From positions 27,617-91,616 of IMG/VR virus record IMGVR_UViG_3300027797_000021: a stretch of DNA of 64,000 bases; one strand, 5' to 3'. The notes under the pieces were generated by a model. It was given only the letters and a program-made list of their open reading frames with translations. It was not told where the DNA came from and searched no databases. Position 1 is the first letter of the stretch. Each line of letters begins with the position of its first letter. The DNA comes from a virus. A program made the translations under genes and the position numbers. Below are positions 1 to 11,144 of the stretch, in pieces.

Positions 1-1413
1 AGAGTCACCAATGGCACCTGTGTTGGTGCTGATTAGGCGTAGGTCTGCTCTGGCTGCACCTACTGGTGCTGTACCTGAAATAGACAGACGGGTACTCGTA
101 GTGCAGGCATTGGCAGAACTATTTGCCAAACTAATAAAAACACCTGCGCTGTCGTACCAGTCGATACGTGCGCTGTAAGTTCGCGCACCTACAAGTCTCA
201 AGACTTGTGCAGAGAAAGTGTAACTTGTGCCCTCCGTTATAGGGAACACGCCAGTGCCGCCGCATGAGGGACCGTACGCAGCTGTCACTAATGCAGATGA
301 CACCATTGACCATGAACCACTACCACCCGCAATAGTACCAGCCGTTTTCGTATTCGTACAAGAGGTGCTCGTCGTATTCCAGTTTGCAACATCAAACTCA
401 AACGACGGGTTAATGATTAAGTTGGCACGTCCGACGAGTTGGGAACTACTAGCGTGTGCTGTACCTGTCCACATTTTGCCTGCCATGCTACCGTCAAAAT
501 AACTGCCCAGTGCTGATGACTGTTCAAATAAAATATTATCAAACTTAGTTGTCCAACCAGCAGTTAAGCCAGTAGTCCCTGATGCCAAAATTATTCTTGC
601 TTTAGTAGCAGTTGCTGGGGCAGTCCCAAAAGCAGACCTTCTCACCCAGCCAGCAAGTGTAGTTAAGTTTCCACTTCCAGCACTTGTATTGTCAGATATA
701 TAAGTACCTGCAGATGTAAACCACTGAACTCCAATATAAATGTTCCTTGTAGAACCAGAAACATTACGGCAATAAGCGCTTAGATAATATGGTGTATTTG
801 GTGTAACAGTAATAAAATCATGATAAGCCAAGTTGTAGTCTGTTGCGCTTGAAGTTACAAGAAGATCGCCAGAGCCAGAATAAGGAGAAACAGTGTTTCT
901 GCTTATTGTTGCACCACTTTGTCCAAGCCAATTATTTGTACCTGTCCCAAACGACGGATTAGCTATTAAGTTCACACGAGTTTTAGACCAAGTTCTTGTA
1001 ACCTGCGTTTCTATGGGGGCAACCTCGAAATACTTTCCTGTTGTATTACCCGTTGTCAAAGGAGTGATAAATATTTTTCCTCCGCCAGGACCAGTATCTC
1101 CAATTTCGTATTGTGGATAGGAATAATCGTCATAGATTTGTACACCAGGTATATCGTAAGACAGTCCATCATCCAAGTTTACAGTTAAGTTAATATCATT
1201 AATGTCTCCAATAATATATGTCAATTTTTCCAGTATACTTGCATCTGTGTTTTCTAATTCATTAAGTATTCTTGAAAAATCAGTTTTTAATAAATTACTT
1301 TCTAAGTTTTCAGACAAACTATTTCTTGGAGACTTAAATTTTATTCTATTCAATTGGAATAAAGGTTCTCTAATTCTATATTTATTTTCAGTTTTATTAA
1401 AAGTAATAGCCAT
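1..1413 (-). CDS. Receptor-binding/tail-appendage protein with tandem CBM4/9-like domains, 3'-truncated by the window edge (absent from the ORF track)
   Basis: Manual translation from ATG at 1413 (MAITFNKTENKYRIREPLFQ...) stays open to position 1. It contains YEIGDTGPGGGKIF...YFEVAP and two repeats starting NLIANPSF / NLIINPSF with later W[FY]xSAG and GTAP motifs, typical of phage carbohydrate-binding modules. Confidence 0.75.
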   Translation of the reverse strand, partial: MAITFNKTENKYRIREPLFQLNRIKFKSPRNSLSENLESNLLKTDFSRILNELENTDASILEKLTYIIGDINDINLTVNLDDGLSYDIPGVQIYDDYSYPQYEIGDTGPGGGKIFITPLTTGNTTGKYFEVAPIETQVTRTWSKTRVNLIANPSFGTGTNNWLGQSGATISRNTVSPYSGSGDLLVTSSATDYNLAYHDFITVTPNTPYYLSAYCRNVSGSTRNIYIGVQWFTSAGTYISDNTSAGSGNLTTLAGWVRRSAFGTAPATATKARIILASGTTGLTAGWTTKFDNILFEQSSALGSYFDGSMAGKMWTGTAHASSSQLVGRANLIINPSFEFDVANWNTTSTSCTNTKTAGTIAGGSGSWSMVSSALVTAAYGPSCGGTGVFPITEGTSYTFSAQVLRLVGARTYSARIDWYDSAGVFISLANSSANACTTSTRLSISGTAPVGAARADLRLISTNTGAIGDS

Positions 1414-1414
1414 T

Positions 1415-3559
1415 TTAGCCTTCTTCGCTGTGCTTGAATTTAACTCTTATACTATCTATTGATGGAGATACTAATGGGTTACTTGACCTGTATAAATCTG
1501 CCCTATATCTAACTGCATCGATGGGTCTAGTTATCTCTGAAAAATACTTAATTTGAGACACGCCACTCAAGGATTGTGATGCAACGATTTCCCTAGAGCC
1601 AAATACATTGTCTATGGTGAATGTAAAGGATGAATCTGATACCCGTTGCCTGAATTCGTATGGATCTAGATAGGTGAAATAATCCAAGAATAAAGTTCCA
1701 TAGTCAGATATTGATTTTCCAGACATAATGTTGAAATTTATTAACCCTTGAAAATTTTTATCATACGCAATTTTTATAAAGTTTATTCCTTTTTTAAAGT
1801 TCCATTCGACATCTCTGCTAAGTGTTCCGCTAGGAAGATCAGCTATTAGGACGTCATTAAGGTATATGGCTAAGTTAAAATCTTCTCTACTCTTTGTTAC
1901 CATATGCACAGCACTGTTTTCTGAATCGCAGTTAATCTTAGCATCCAGTAGGCCTGAGCATATATCGTAAGGGCCTGGACTAATGGAGCTTAATTGATTT
2001 ACTATTGGAGAACTAACAGTTACATCTGATCCATTAACAGCGTTTACTTTTTCGCTCCATATATTTAATGCCCTATATATTTCTACTGCATTTACGGATG
2101 AGGATCTGAATATTATATAGTTCTTAAACGAATTTATTCCAGACAAAATAAACGGTTGCTTAATGACCTCTGAGCCAACTACTGCTATTCTATAAACGCT
2201 CTTACCAAAATATACAGACGTATTGGGATTCAATTCGTTTACATTAAGGGACGTTGTATTCAAGTCAATTAGCTCAAATCCACCCTTGCTCAGTCCACCA
2301 TCCTCTATGGTTTTCATAGACTTAGTTGATGATTGTAAGTTAACCGATGTTGGATTTGAATTATTATTTGCATTGATTGGATCAATCGCTATCCAATTAA
2401 AGTTTTCGATTCCAACAGCAGATGGATTATCTACTGCTACAAAATAGCTTATGTCATAGCCGGATCCCGTTTGGTGATTTACGTCAAGCGCAACTGACTC
2501 TATTGTCAATAGTCCATTGTCAGTTACTGGAATTGATAATGGTTTAGATATCAGAGTTGCTCTTTTGTCATGATATTTTGCACCTATAAAAAGGTCCCTT
2601 AGTCCAAAATTATACATATAAGGCTTGTCAGAGTTATTGGAAGTTTCATCAGCATATGTTTTAAACATAGTTAATTTAATTCTAGAGTATTTCAATGGAT
2701 TAAATGTAAAAGAAAATCTATCATAATCAGATCTTGAATTCTTTATTTTTATTTGTTCCGGAATTGAGGAATCATTTGCAGTTGCTGTTACAATTACGGT
2801 AACTGGACTTGCTGTTAACAGTGTTCCTTCAATCTTGGATATTGTAAAATTATTATTGATAGGGATATCAATATCCATTGAAGTCAAAGATGATTGTGCA
2901 GATTGATGCTTGTAGCTCCAGTATGTATCAGTTAACCCATCTAGAGCATTATCGAAATCACTGATAGAGGTATTACTGTAAACCTCTGCGCCGTTTTCAA
3001 ATATTGAAACCTTTACAGATTGAATATCCACTATAGACGAAGATATCATATCAAATATACCAGAGCTAATTTTTGGAATAGTTACATTTCCTATAGATGT
3101 ATCAACAAAAGCGTTAGTTAGGGACATGTCTATGTTATCTGTGTTTGAAAAATTATCAACTAAAGAATAAAAAAATCCATCTGAATTTAAATTAGAAAAT
3201 ATTAATTGATCCACCTTTCCTTCTAGTTCTCTTCTTTTTGTCTTTAAATTTGACAACCTTTTATTTAAAGAAGTTATTGTTGACATTAACTCATGGTTGT
3301 TTTCATTGACACATTCATATAGAATTTCTAGATTAAATAGAGAAGTTATCATTAACTCATTAAGGTCAAAATGATTAATTGTATTAGATTGATTTAGAGA
3401 ATCGTAGTCAACAGAGATAGGAATGCCAATTTTATTGCTTGAAAAATATGTATTGAATATTTTTCTTATTTCTTGCTCTGAGGGTTTATTACCAGATGAA
3501 TAAAATAGTTTGTATATATTATTTAAAAATTTTCTTTTTTGTATCGTTGCTATGTTCAT
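1415..3559 (-). CDS. Putative baseplate/peripheral tail structural protein (paralog 1 of 3)
   Basis: 714-aa ORF in the baseplate cluster with an N-terminal coiled coil, a beta-rich body and a C-terminal SPSIDSIRVKFK motif shared with its neighbours. Confidence 0.55.
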   Translation of the reverse strand: MNIATIQKRKFLNNIYKLFYSSGNKPSEQEIRKIFNTYFSSNKIGIPISVDYDSLNQSNTINHFDLNELMITSLFNLEILYECVNENNHELMSTITSLNKRLSNLKTKRRELEGKVDQLIFSNLNSDGFFYSLVDNFSNTDNIDMSLTNAFVDTSIGNVTIPKISSGIFDMISSSIVDIQSVKVSIFENGAEVYSNTSISDFDNALDGLTDTYWSYKHQSAQSSLTSMDIDIPINNNFTISKIEGTLLTASPVTVIVTATANDSSIPEQIKIKNSRSDYDRFSFTFNPLKYSRIKLTMFKTYADETSNNSDKPYMYNFGLRDLFIGAKYHDKRATLISKPLSIPVTDNGLLTIESVALDVNHQTGSGYDISYFVAVDNPSAVGIENFNWIAIDPINANNNSNPTSVNLQSSTKSMKTIEDGGLSKGGFELIDLNTTSLNVNELNPNTSVYFGKSVYRIAVVGSEVIKQPFILSGINSFKNYIIFRSSSVNAVEIYRALNIWSEKVNAVNGSDVTVSSPIVNQLSSISPGPYDICSGLLDAKINCDSENSAVHMVTKSREDFNLAIYLNDVLIADLPSGTLSRDVEWNFKKGINFIKIAYDKNFQGLINFNIMSGKSISDYGTLFLDYFTYLDPYEFRQRVSDSSFTFTIDNVFGSREIVASQSLSGVSQIKYFSEITRPIDAVRYRADLYRSSNPLVSPSIDSIRVKFKHSEEG

Positions 3560-5751
3560 GATTTTTTAACCTTAGCTATTAATTGGTAAGAATATATACT
3601 TGGAGTGAAATTTATTCTATTTTTTTTAACTATTTTTATCTTAACTAAAATATTTTTTACCTCTTTTGGTATTGTAGGATAGCTAAGGTACGATCCGCCA
3701 GATAATCTGTATTCATTCAGAACTGATTGATTAAAGAATAATACTTCCGGTATACCTGAAAAGTCTAATTGTATAGGAGATATCTGAATCCAATTACTGC
3801 CATTATCCACTGAGATATATCCTAATATAGATACATTTTTTAACATCTCCTCATCAATGTTGGAGTTAATATCTAGCATGACTGACTCTACGGGAAAATC
3901 AAAACTGAATGGTAACGAAACCATTTCCAACTGCGAATTAAAAGTTTCTTTATAAACTTCTATATCCCTTAGCCCTATACACCAGCGCTTAGCCGGATAT
4001 CTTTCCTTAGATGTTTCCAGTGGTATTGAATATTTTGTTATTCTTTCCTGAGCAGTAAAAGACTGCTCTATTACAGTTATCATATTTACCGTACTTCCGT
4101 CATCTAGCAGTGTTGGCGTGGCCTGATTTAAAATGTAAATATCTAATAAATCATCAAAGTCGTTTTGAGCAGCGTCGATTGTGTCATAGTTTTTATTTTT
4201 TATTTCATCTTCGGTAACATCTATAGAGTCTAAGAATCTTGGAACACGTATCACTATAAAATTGCCATTTATATCCTTGTTAGGAGAATTTTCTGAAAAC
4301 CATCCCTCAAAATACGCCTTCACTTGCTCATTGGATGGGTTAGTTATACTGAATTCTATAACGTAGAACTTTCTTGCAACTGGCTTCTTTTTAATAAAAA
4401 CCTCAATATACTTAGAGGCTTTTCCTAATTTTGAGTATTCTGTTGGATTTGAAATCGTAGGTAGGAGATTATATCTGTTATATTCAACCTTTTCGTATAT
4501 GTCCTTATTCAAGGCATCAGGATTAAAGCGTTCTAGGTTTGCAAAAGGGTTATTTATATTCGAGGAGGTTGGCTTCCAATATACGTGTTGCATTTCTATA
4601 TTGGAATATTCCTGCTGCTTAAATGAAACTTGAACTTTAAAGACTTGCCTCTCAGCAAATCTTACTGTTGCCTTACTGTAAAAGTATGATTTAGCCATTT
4701 GCAAGTTTAGCGGAACCAATGAAGACCCTATATATATTGGAGCATCAAGCACTTCTTGTGATACCCCATCTTTTCCATATACTACTATGCTAGTAACTTC
4801 TACATATTTCATTGAACCAAAGTATGGAGTGATATCTATGCTATTAGCAACAGAGCTATTTGAGGAAGCCAATTCCAGGTCTAGCACCAGAGGGTCTGCG
4901 GTGTTGTGAGTTGACCAATCTACTAAATCACCTTCGCCAGTATTTGAACTATTAAATTCAGATTTAATATATTTAAATTCATTTTCCCTCGCCGGAATAG
5001 AGGGTTGGGGTGTTGGTTTACTCTTGTCAACGTTCAATGCTTCATATTCAAAGTAGGTTAAGGGATTAGAATCTTTTAAGCTGGTAAGATTATTTAAAGC
5101 AGAACTACGTTCAAATATGTATTGATATTCACTGCTTTCTTCCGAGTCTGTAGCCTTGATTACTTGATGACTATTGCCGATAAAGCCTCCGGAACTTAAA
5201 ACTTTTACTAGGTTAGCATTCCATTTTTGGGCAGCAGATACAGACAGGCTCATTATTCCATTTTTAATTAATGGATTTAATCCAGCCTGTATTCTGGAAT
5301 AGTCTATCAAGTCATCGTTATCAAAAGAATCTCCTACATAATAAATATCATCAGCTGGACTTCTGGAATACATCTGTAAGATTTTAGATTTTGATGCTAT
5401 TCTTTCTGAAAATCTTTTTTCATTTTCTATTTCTGTTGAAAATAAATTAAATATACTGATCGACTTTGCATTTAAGAAGTCAACTTGACTAGCTATAGCA
5501 TTAAGGTCAGTTGAACAGCCATCGAAAAATAGATTAACTTTTGATGAGATTGGTGGCTCACCCTTAATAAACGGATAATACTGAGTTAACGGTGCACCGA
5601 TTTGTTCGCGCACTTCAGTTAGAATATTTGAATACTCACTCGCTATTTCTTCTTTAGAAAAAATTCCCCTAGAATTAACTACGTTAATTAATCTAGATAC
5701 TTTAATTAATAATTGCTGATATGTTAATAGATTTGCGGATAATTGTGTCAT
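3556..5751 (-). CDS. Putative baseplate/peripheral tail structural protein (paralog 2 of 3)
   Basis: 731 aa; its stop overlaps the start of the next gene (ATGA). GLRDIEV and TPSIYSYQLIAK motifs parallel those of the neighbours. Confidence 0.55.
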   Translation of the reverse strand: MTQLSANLLTYQQLLIKVSRLINVVNSRGIFSKEEIASEYSNILTEVREQIGAPLTQYYPFIKGEPPISSKVNLFFDGCSTDLNAIASQVDFLNAKSISIFNLFSTEIENEKRFSERIASKSKILQMYSRSPADDIYYVGDSFDNDDLIDYSRIQAGLNPLIKNGIMSLSVSAAQKWNANLVKVLSSGGFIGNSHQVIKATDSEESSEYQYIFERSSALNNLTSLKDSNPLTYFEYEALNVDKSKPTPQPSIPARENEFKYIKSEFNSSNTGEGDLVDWSTHNTADPLVLDLELASSNSSVANSIDITPYFGSMKYVEVTSIVVYGKDGVSQEVLDAPIYIGSSLVPLNLQMAKSYFYSKATVRFAERQVFKVQVSFKQQEYSNIEMQHVYWKPTSSNINNPFANLERFNPDALNKDIYEKVEYNRYNLLPTISNPTEYSKLGKASKYIEVFIKKKPVARKFYVIEFSITNPSNEQVKAYFEGWFSENSPNKDINGNFIVIRVPRFLDSIDVTEDEIKNKNYDTIDAAQNDFDDLLDIYILNQATPTLLDDGSTVNMITVIEQSFTAQERITKYSIPLETSKERYPAKRWCIGLRDIEVYKETFNSQLEMVSLPFSFDFPVESVMLDINSNIDEEMLKNVSILGYISVDNGSNWIQISPIQLDFSGIPEVLFFNQSVLNEYRLSGGSYLSYPTIPKEVKNILVKIKIVKKNRINFTPSIYSYQLIAKVKKS

Positions 5752-5761
5752 ATAAGTCTCT

Positions 5762-8365
5762 TTATCTTAAGTAGGAATTTAATTTTCCATAATATGGATC
5801 ATAGTTTATTGTTTTCATTTTTAATATTAAACTATCAATTGATATTGGATCTGTTGATTCCGTTATGTTTTTTCTTAGAATTATCCTAAACCTTAAGTCA
5901 TTTGGAATATACTGATATATTACCTTAAAAGCAGTATTTATGTTTTTATTAAAAACAATTCCTTGTCCACTGTGAATAAAAATGGTATCATTGGTATCAT
6001 AAAAACTATTCGTCTGAGAAGTAGAAGTGTAGTTAGTTATATTAAGGGCATAAGATCCATCTGATAGCTGAACCCTTACGGGAGAATATCCGGCAAAGTT
6101 TCCTATAAAACTAGTACCAGTAACTTTGCTGAAAAAAGCGTTAGTTGCAGCGCCGGCGCTAATGTACGGAGTATATGATAACCTAATATAGCTATTTGAA
6201 TCAGTTTGTCTGAATTGTTCACCTGGTCCATTTTCTGTCCCAAAAGATTTAACTGATTCAAGAAATATATTTTGTCTAGTAAAATCAATTTCATCTGGTG
6301 AAGACGTGGAATAATCTAAGGAGTAGCTAGCTACGTAAGTGTCTGCCTGATTCAAGGATTCAATGGACAACGTAATTGTTTTATTACCATTGGAATAAAC
6401 ATAACTAGCGTTACCTCTTGGTATCAACATGCCATTCTTGTAAACATTGATCGAATTATCTATTGCGCTAAAGCGAAGCGTTGCTTTTTTAGATGCTGGA
6501 TCAAAAAATAATATTTCAGATTCTATAAAAGAAACACCATAAGGAACTATCGGAGTCCAATCTGACTCTCGGTTTGGGGCAGGCTTGTTAGAAATGGATA
6601 CTTCATAAGAGGCTGCAGAGCTTAGATCTAGCCCGGAAGGTACTAGCGAGAGGGAATTGTTTGCCTGATTAATCTTTGCCTTTAGGGCAGTTACTTGCCC
6701 ATCTACTGGAATTTTTTTACTAACAAAAACAGCTTTATTACTTGCTTGATCTAAAGTTTCAATTAGCTCTATAGACTTTAGTGAAAATGAATACTCGTAA
6801 GATTCTTCAGATTCTGTTATCTGAGAATTATTAACTGCATTGATGTTGGGGAAGGAAATCATTGGATCAGAGAATTGATTACGATAATCTGCCATTGTAT
6901 TAGATGAATTATACTGAGTAAATCCAGGTTGATTAATTCTACTTGTAACCCTGCTATTCATTCCCATTTCTAAATATTCTTTGTTATCAAAAATATTTAA
7001 TTTACCAGAGAACCCGTCCAACATCGTATTGACTAGGTTAACAAATATTGGAGTATTAGAAAATACATTTGTGTCTTCCATAATTAGAGAATTGAAATCT
7101 TTAATTTGTTCATTTAGGGTTGAGATATATGAACTAAACTCAGCGGGAAATCTGTAAGTATAATAATCGTTATCTAGGTAATTGTTTTTTGATAGGCCAG
7201 CTATGGTATTTTTTCTAACAAAAAACCAATAAACTATATCTTGAAATTTGCTAAACCTTTTAGCTCTATCATTAATTACTGCCTTTACAAAGGAGTCTAA
7301 TACTCTTGCATTTAGCTCTGAGGACAACGCAGTCTTATTCGATCTGGTATAGTTTGATTGATTAAAAATAAATATAACTTTTTTTACACTTTTTTGATCA
7401 AATCTTAATTCGAAAACTCCATTGATTAGTCTTGGCTCATCTAGGAGGGTTGTATAATTTTCTGCGGCACTGCTATTGTTTGACTGCTGTGGAGAACCAT
7501 GAAATAGTACTACCTGAAGAAGTTGAAAGTTATTAGATTCATTTGGATTAAATCTAATAGTATCAATATTTACGCTACGTTGTAAATCGATTTCAGATAA
7601 TGTGACTGCCCCTTTAATTAGAGAGTAATCATACTTGATATATTTTAAAGATTCTGTGATTTGAGAATCAAGTATAACCGGGCTCTTAACAGTTATGGTC
7701 CATGAGTCTGATAGGTTATCATTAAATAAATTAAAGAAATCATTATTAGTAGTTATGTAATTACTATAATTTGTTTTAATATTAATATTTTTAATGTTTC
7801 TAATTATATTTTTTATATCTTGAGAGTTGCCAATTTTTAAAACCCCAAGAGATCCATCTACAAAAGCGTTGCCGTTTTCTCCAAATTGAACATTATCTCT
7901 ATCGGGAATATTAAATCTGACATTATCTGACCTGTAGTCATTAATGAAACTGTCAAATTTTTCTATATAGTTAGCGTTAAAAAGATCATCTTTACCAGAT
8001 ATGAATTCGTAATTATCAATAAATAATTCTAATTTATCTAAATCATTTTGAACTTTATCTATTTCTGAAGAAAAAATATCCACCATAGATGACAACACTA
8101 GACCATGGGCATTTGCTGCAGAAAAAAGTTGTTGCTCCCTTAGATATAGATTTCTAAATGAGTCAATTAATATTTCTTTTGAGATTACAGAGAATGCTGG
8201 TATCCGTGACGCTGAAAAGTTTTTGTCAACTACATTAGCATTTATTTTATCTACTAGTGATGATAGTTCTACTTTAGAAATTTTCATACTTTTGATTAAA
8301 GAAGAAATACTAGTTCTAGTTGAAGAAGAGTATTGATTTATGGTTTCTGGTAAATAATTTAACAT
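5762..8365 (-). CDS. Putative baseplate/peripheral tail structural protein (paralog 3 of 3)
   Basis: 867 aa with the same layout; SLKSIEL, VSKKIPV and PISIDSLILKMK motifs. Confidence 0.55.
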   Translation of the reverse strand: MLNYLPETINQYSSSTRTSISSLIKSMKISKVELSSLVDKINANVVDKNFSASRIPAFSVISKEILIDSFRNLYLREQQLFSAANAHGLVLSSMVDIFSSEIDKVQNDLDKLELFIDNYEFISGKDDLFNANYIEKFDSFINDYRSDNVRFNIPDRDNVQFGENGNAFVDGSLGVLKIGNSQDIKNIIRNIKNINIKTNYSNYITTNNDFFNLFNDNLSDSWTITVKSPVILDSQITESLKYIKYDYSLIKGAVTLSEIDLQRSVNIDTIRFNPNESNNFQLLQVVLFHGSPQQSNNSSAAENYTTLLDEPRLINGVFELRFDQKSVKKVIFIFNQSNYTRSNKTALSSELNARVLDSFVKAVINDRAKRFSKFQDIVYWFFVRKNTIAGLSKNNYLDNDYYTYRFPAEFSSYISTLNEQIKDFNSLIMEDTNVFSNTPIFVNLVNTMLDGFSGKLNIFDNKEYLEMGMNSRVTSRINQPGFTQYNSSNTMADYRNQFSDPMISFPNINAVNNSQITESEESYEYSFSLKSIELIETLDQASNKAVFVSKKIPVDGQVTALKAKINQANNSLSLVPSGLDLSSAASYEVSISNKPAPNRESDWTPIVPYGVSFIESEILFFDPASKKATLRFSAIDNSINVYKNGMLIPRGNASYVYSNGNKTITLSIESLNQADTYVASYSLDYSTSSPDEIDFTRQNIFLESVKSFGTENGPGEQFRQTDSNSYIRLSYTPYISAGAATNAFFSKVTGTSFIGNFAGYSPVRVQLSDGSYALNITNYTSTSQTNSFYDTNDTIFIHSGQGIVFNKNINTAFKVIYQYIPNDLRFRIILRKNITESTDPISIDSLILKMKTINYDPYYGKLNSYLR

Positions 8366-8366
8366 T

Positions 8367-11144
8367 TTAGTTCCAGTCTTCTCCAGCTATATCCTGGAGA
8401 TCAAAGACAACTCCAGCTGTAAGATTATTTTGAATTATACTATATATTTCTTTTTCATCAATAAAATTATCTTTAACTTCTTTTGGTATTCTAATTATAA
8501 CATATCCACCCTTAGTATAAGTGTCTCCCTGTGCAGGATATGTGTCCCAGTAGGAAAGTATTTCATCTATACTTTCAATTATTTCCGAGTTTTGAATAGA
8601 CGCCTTTACTCCGCCACCCCTTAGTCTTAGGTCTGCCAATTTTGGATTTTGCCTATTGGGATCGTTTGTTACGTATGTAATAGCTATCATTAAAGCAAAT
8701 GGATCATAATTGATGGAGAGTATGTCAAAAATTGTTGGATCATAAGTAAAGTTTACACTCTGAGTATAATCGTGATCTAATATTTCTGTGTATTCAACTG
8801 ATTGTGGATTCAGATTGCTATATGTTTTTTTATATATATTTTTTGGAGTTATATATATATAAAGTGGCTTATCAAATTCAATAACATCTGCGTTTAATAG
8901 GGGGTTTAGCGGAATCGGATCTCCATCTACCTGCCTTAATAAAATGTTTCTATTTTCGGTTGTATAACAAACCTTAATAAGGGAATTGCTTGATGGAACT
9001 AATGGACGTTTAAAAGTTATTACCCCGGTATAAGAGTTTATATCTTTAATTAATCGGTATGGTATTTCCGCCCAGTCGCTATCTATTGTTTGTTTTGTAA
9101 ATACTTTAATTTCACTCTTAATTAATCCAGATATGGATGATGAATAACTTGTTGGATGATTCCAATTTAATATTGGAGTTCTCTTTACTTTTATATTTTT
9201 ACTATCTAATATTATAGGATATTCATCAGTAACATCATAGTGCCCATGACCATATATCTTTGACCAAGAAACATTTTGTTGATCCAATGTACTATATTGT
9301 GCCAGTAAAGACTGATCTTTATAATCTTTCTTCCAGTCAAACCATTGATTTCTTGGAGAAATATATATCTCTTTTGAAAAAGCGCCGGGTGAGACGGGGA
9401 GCTCCCATGAGTCAAATTTAGATAAATTCGGACTTATTTCATTAACCTTAATAGAGCTTGAGGAATTATATCTTACGGAATATACTGGAACTAGATACTT
9501 TAGCGGTACTTTACTTGGTATGAATGTACTAGAATTATTAAGACCAAAAAACTCATTGTCACCAGGTGTTCCATCTGCATCTAGTGCGCATATTCCAATG
9601 AATATATTTTCAACATTTCTGCTTAAAGAATTTTCTGATCTTGAATAAAAGTCAAGATAGTTTAAATAATTTCCTAAGAATTCTTTTTGTCCTATATCAT
9701 AGAATCCATATTTAACGCCATCATCTGGAAACTCACTAGTAATTGAAAAGTATCCATACTGAAGATCTCTCTCTTCTAGAACGTCTCTATTATGAGATGG
9801 AATATCATTGATCGCAGATTTTATTTGGGTCATAGTTGGAATACCTTTTGCAGTGCCGTCTGCGTTACAGAAAAGCAGGATCCCCTCTCCGTAATTTATA
9901 GTGTTCTTATCGATTGCTGATAATAAGGTTCCGGATACTGTCTTCATTCGATTATTAGATAAATCATTTGAAATTGTTGTCACTAATGAATCGCCGTAAT
10001 AGGTTGCTGATGTTTCAACCTTAAGTATGTTATTATCCTTAGAAACGGAAACTGGGGTGCCCTCCAATGTAACTTGCCCCCTAGATATAACATTATCCAA
10101 AGATATGTCCGATAGCACTATAGGCTGACCTGTATTTCTGTTGCTAAACGAATCGACTATTATGTCACCATTATTATAATTGACACTATTTAAAGTTAAT
10201 TCATCTTCAGGAGTAAAAATAATAGAAGTATTTTCTCCCTCAACTTTTGAGGGATACTCAATTTTGGAAATATAGTGATTACCGTTTCTCAATGACGTTA
10301 AAGACTTAATCCTGCCTAAGTTATCTAATGGCACTAGCTTGGATGTGATTGGGGAAATATTTTGCACAGTGCCAGAAATCGATACGGTTACCGTAATTAG
10401 CTTGGGTGGAAAGTAGTCTTTATATCTTGTCTCAGTATAAGGTTCTCCAGGCTTACTCATGCCTTTTACGTCTATTCTTGCGATAGAGAAACCTTCAGCT
10501 TCTCCAAAACCAGGTATTTTATTTCCAATAATATTAACAAAAATATATTTAGCGTCTTCCCTACTTCTACCGTTCATGGGAATCTTTATTTCCCCCGACT
10601 GTGCCGATAAATCTAGTAATTCAATTCCGCCAAATTTGAAAATATCAGTTTGATCAGTGGACGACCATCCAATTGCTGCAGCTTTGAATTGCCTCCATTT
10701 CGGATCTGCGTCTGCTGTAATAATAATCTCATTAACTGTCAATAGACTATCTGGTATCTTAAAAAAAATGTAATCAGACGCTATTGATGGGCCGACCGTT
10801 CCGCTAAAACTTAGTTTTTTATATGATCTATCAGAGTTAATAGAAGAGGTGGTGCCCATATTTTCTACGGCAATGATGTACTTTCTTATGTCTGGAGAGG
10901 CAAAGTTTCTCCAGCCCTCAAATACTTCTGGGGTTGACGCCTTCATATTTAACCAGAACTTAGCCAAGTACCATTTAGTTTCACTATCTACTTTGCCGTC
11001 AATATATATTTGATTATTATTTGCCTGAAAGACCTTAACGGAAGCGTTTGTTACTGGACCATATAGCCCATCAATAGCCTTATTATAGTATCCATTAGCC
11101 GCTAATGTATACTGTATGTATTTTACGTATTCATGTGATGACAT
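8367..11144 (-). CDS. Baseplate-associated protein with an N-terminal peptidoglycan-binding domain (PG_binding_1-like)
   Basis: The N-terminus YVKYIQYTLAANGYYNKAIDGLYGPVTNASVKVFQ...IDGKVDSETK matches the PG-binding DG.(Y/F)G..T..AV..FQ....DG pattern. Confidence 0.7.
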   Translation of the reverse strand: MSSHEYVKYIQYTLAANGYYNKAIDGLYGPVTNASVKVFQANNNQIYIDGKVDSETKWYLAKFWLNMKASTPEVFEGWRNFASPDIRKYIIAVENMGTTSSINSDRSYKKLSFSGTVGPSIASDYIFFKIPDSLLTVNEIIITADADPKWRQFKAAAIGWSSTDQTDIFKFGGIELLDLSAQSGEIKIPMNGRSREDAKYIFVNIIGNKIPGFGEAEGFSIARIDVKGMSKPGEPYTETRYKDYFPPKLITVTVSISGTVQNISPITSKLVPLDNLGRIKSLTSLRNGNHYISKIEYPSKVEGENTSIIFTPEDELTLNSVNYNNGDIIVDSFSNRNTGQPIVLSDISLDNVISRGQVTLEGTPVSVSKDNNILKVETSATYYGDSLVTTISNDLSNNRMKTVSGTLLSAIDKNTINYGEGILLFCNADGTAKGIPTMTQIKSAINDIPSHNRDVLEERDLQYGYFSITSEFPDDGVKYGFYDIGQKEFLGNYLNYLDFYSRSENSLSRNVENIFIGICALDADGTPGDNEFFGLNNSSTFIPSKVPLKYLVPVYSVRYNSSSSIKVNEISPNLSKFDSWELPVSPGAFSKEIYISPRNQWFDWKKDYKDQSLLAQYSTLDQQNVSWSKIYGHGHYDVTDEYPIILDSKNIKVKRTPILNWNHPTSYSSSISGLIKSEIKVFTKQTIDSDWAEIPYRLIKDINSYTGVITFKRPLVPSSNSLIKVCYTTENRNILLRQVDGDPIPLNPLLNADVIEFDKPLYIYITPKNIYKKTYSNLNPQSVEYTEILDHDYTQSVNFTYDPTIFDILSINYDPFALMIAITYVTNDPNRQNPKLADLRLRGGGVKASIQNSEIIESIDEILSYWDTYPAQGDTYTKGGYVIIRIPKEVKDNFIDEKEIYSIIQNNLTAGVVFDLQDIAGEDWN

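Noticed and set aside
131-313. Short minus-strand ORFs in alternative frames (also 6103-6294, 9212-9415, 43074-43307, 52646-52834, 62504-62746)
   Set aside because: They are nested out of frame inside well-supported genes, with no SD or motif support.
1-1413. Diversity-generating retroelement targeting the lectin-like gene
   Set aside because: No reverse transcriptase and no adenine-mismatched TR/VR repeat pair is visible in this window; it cannot be excluded outside it.
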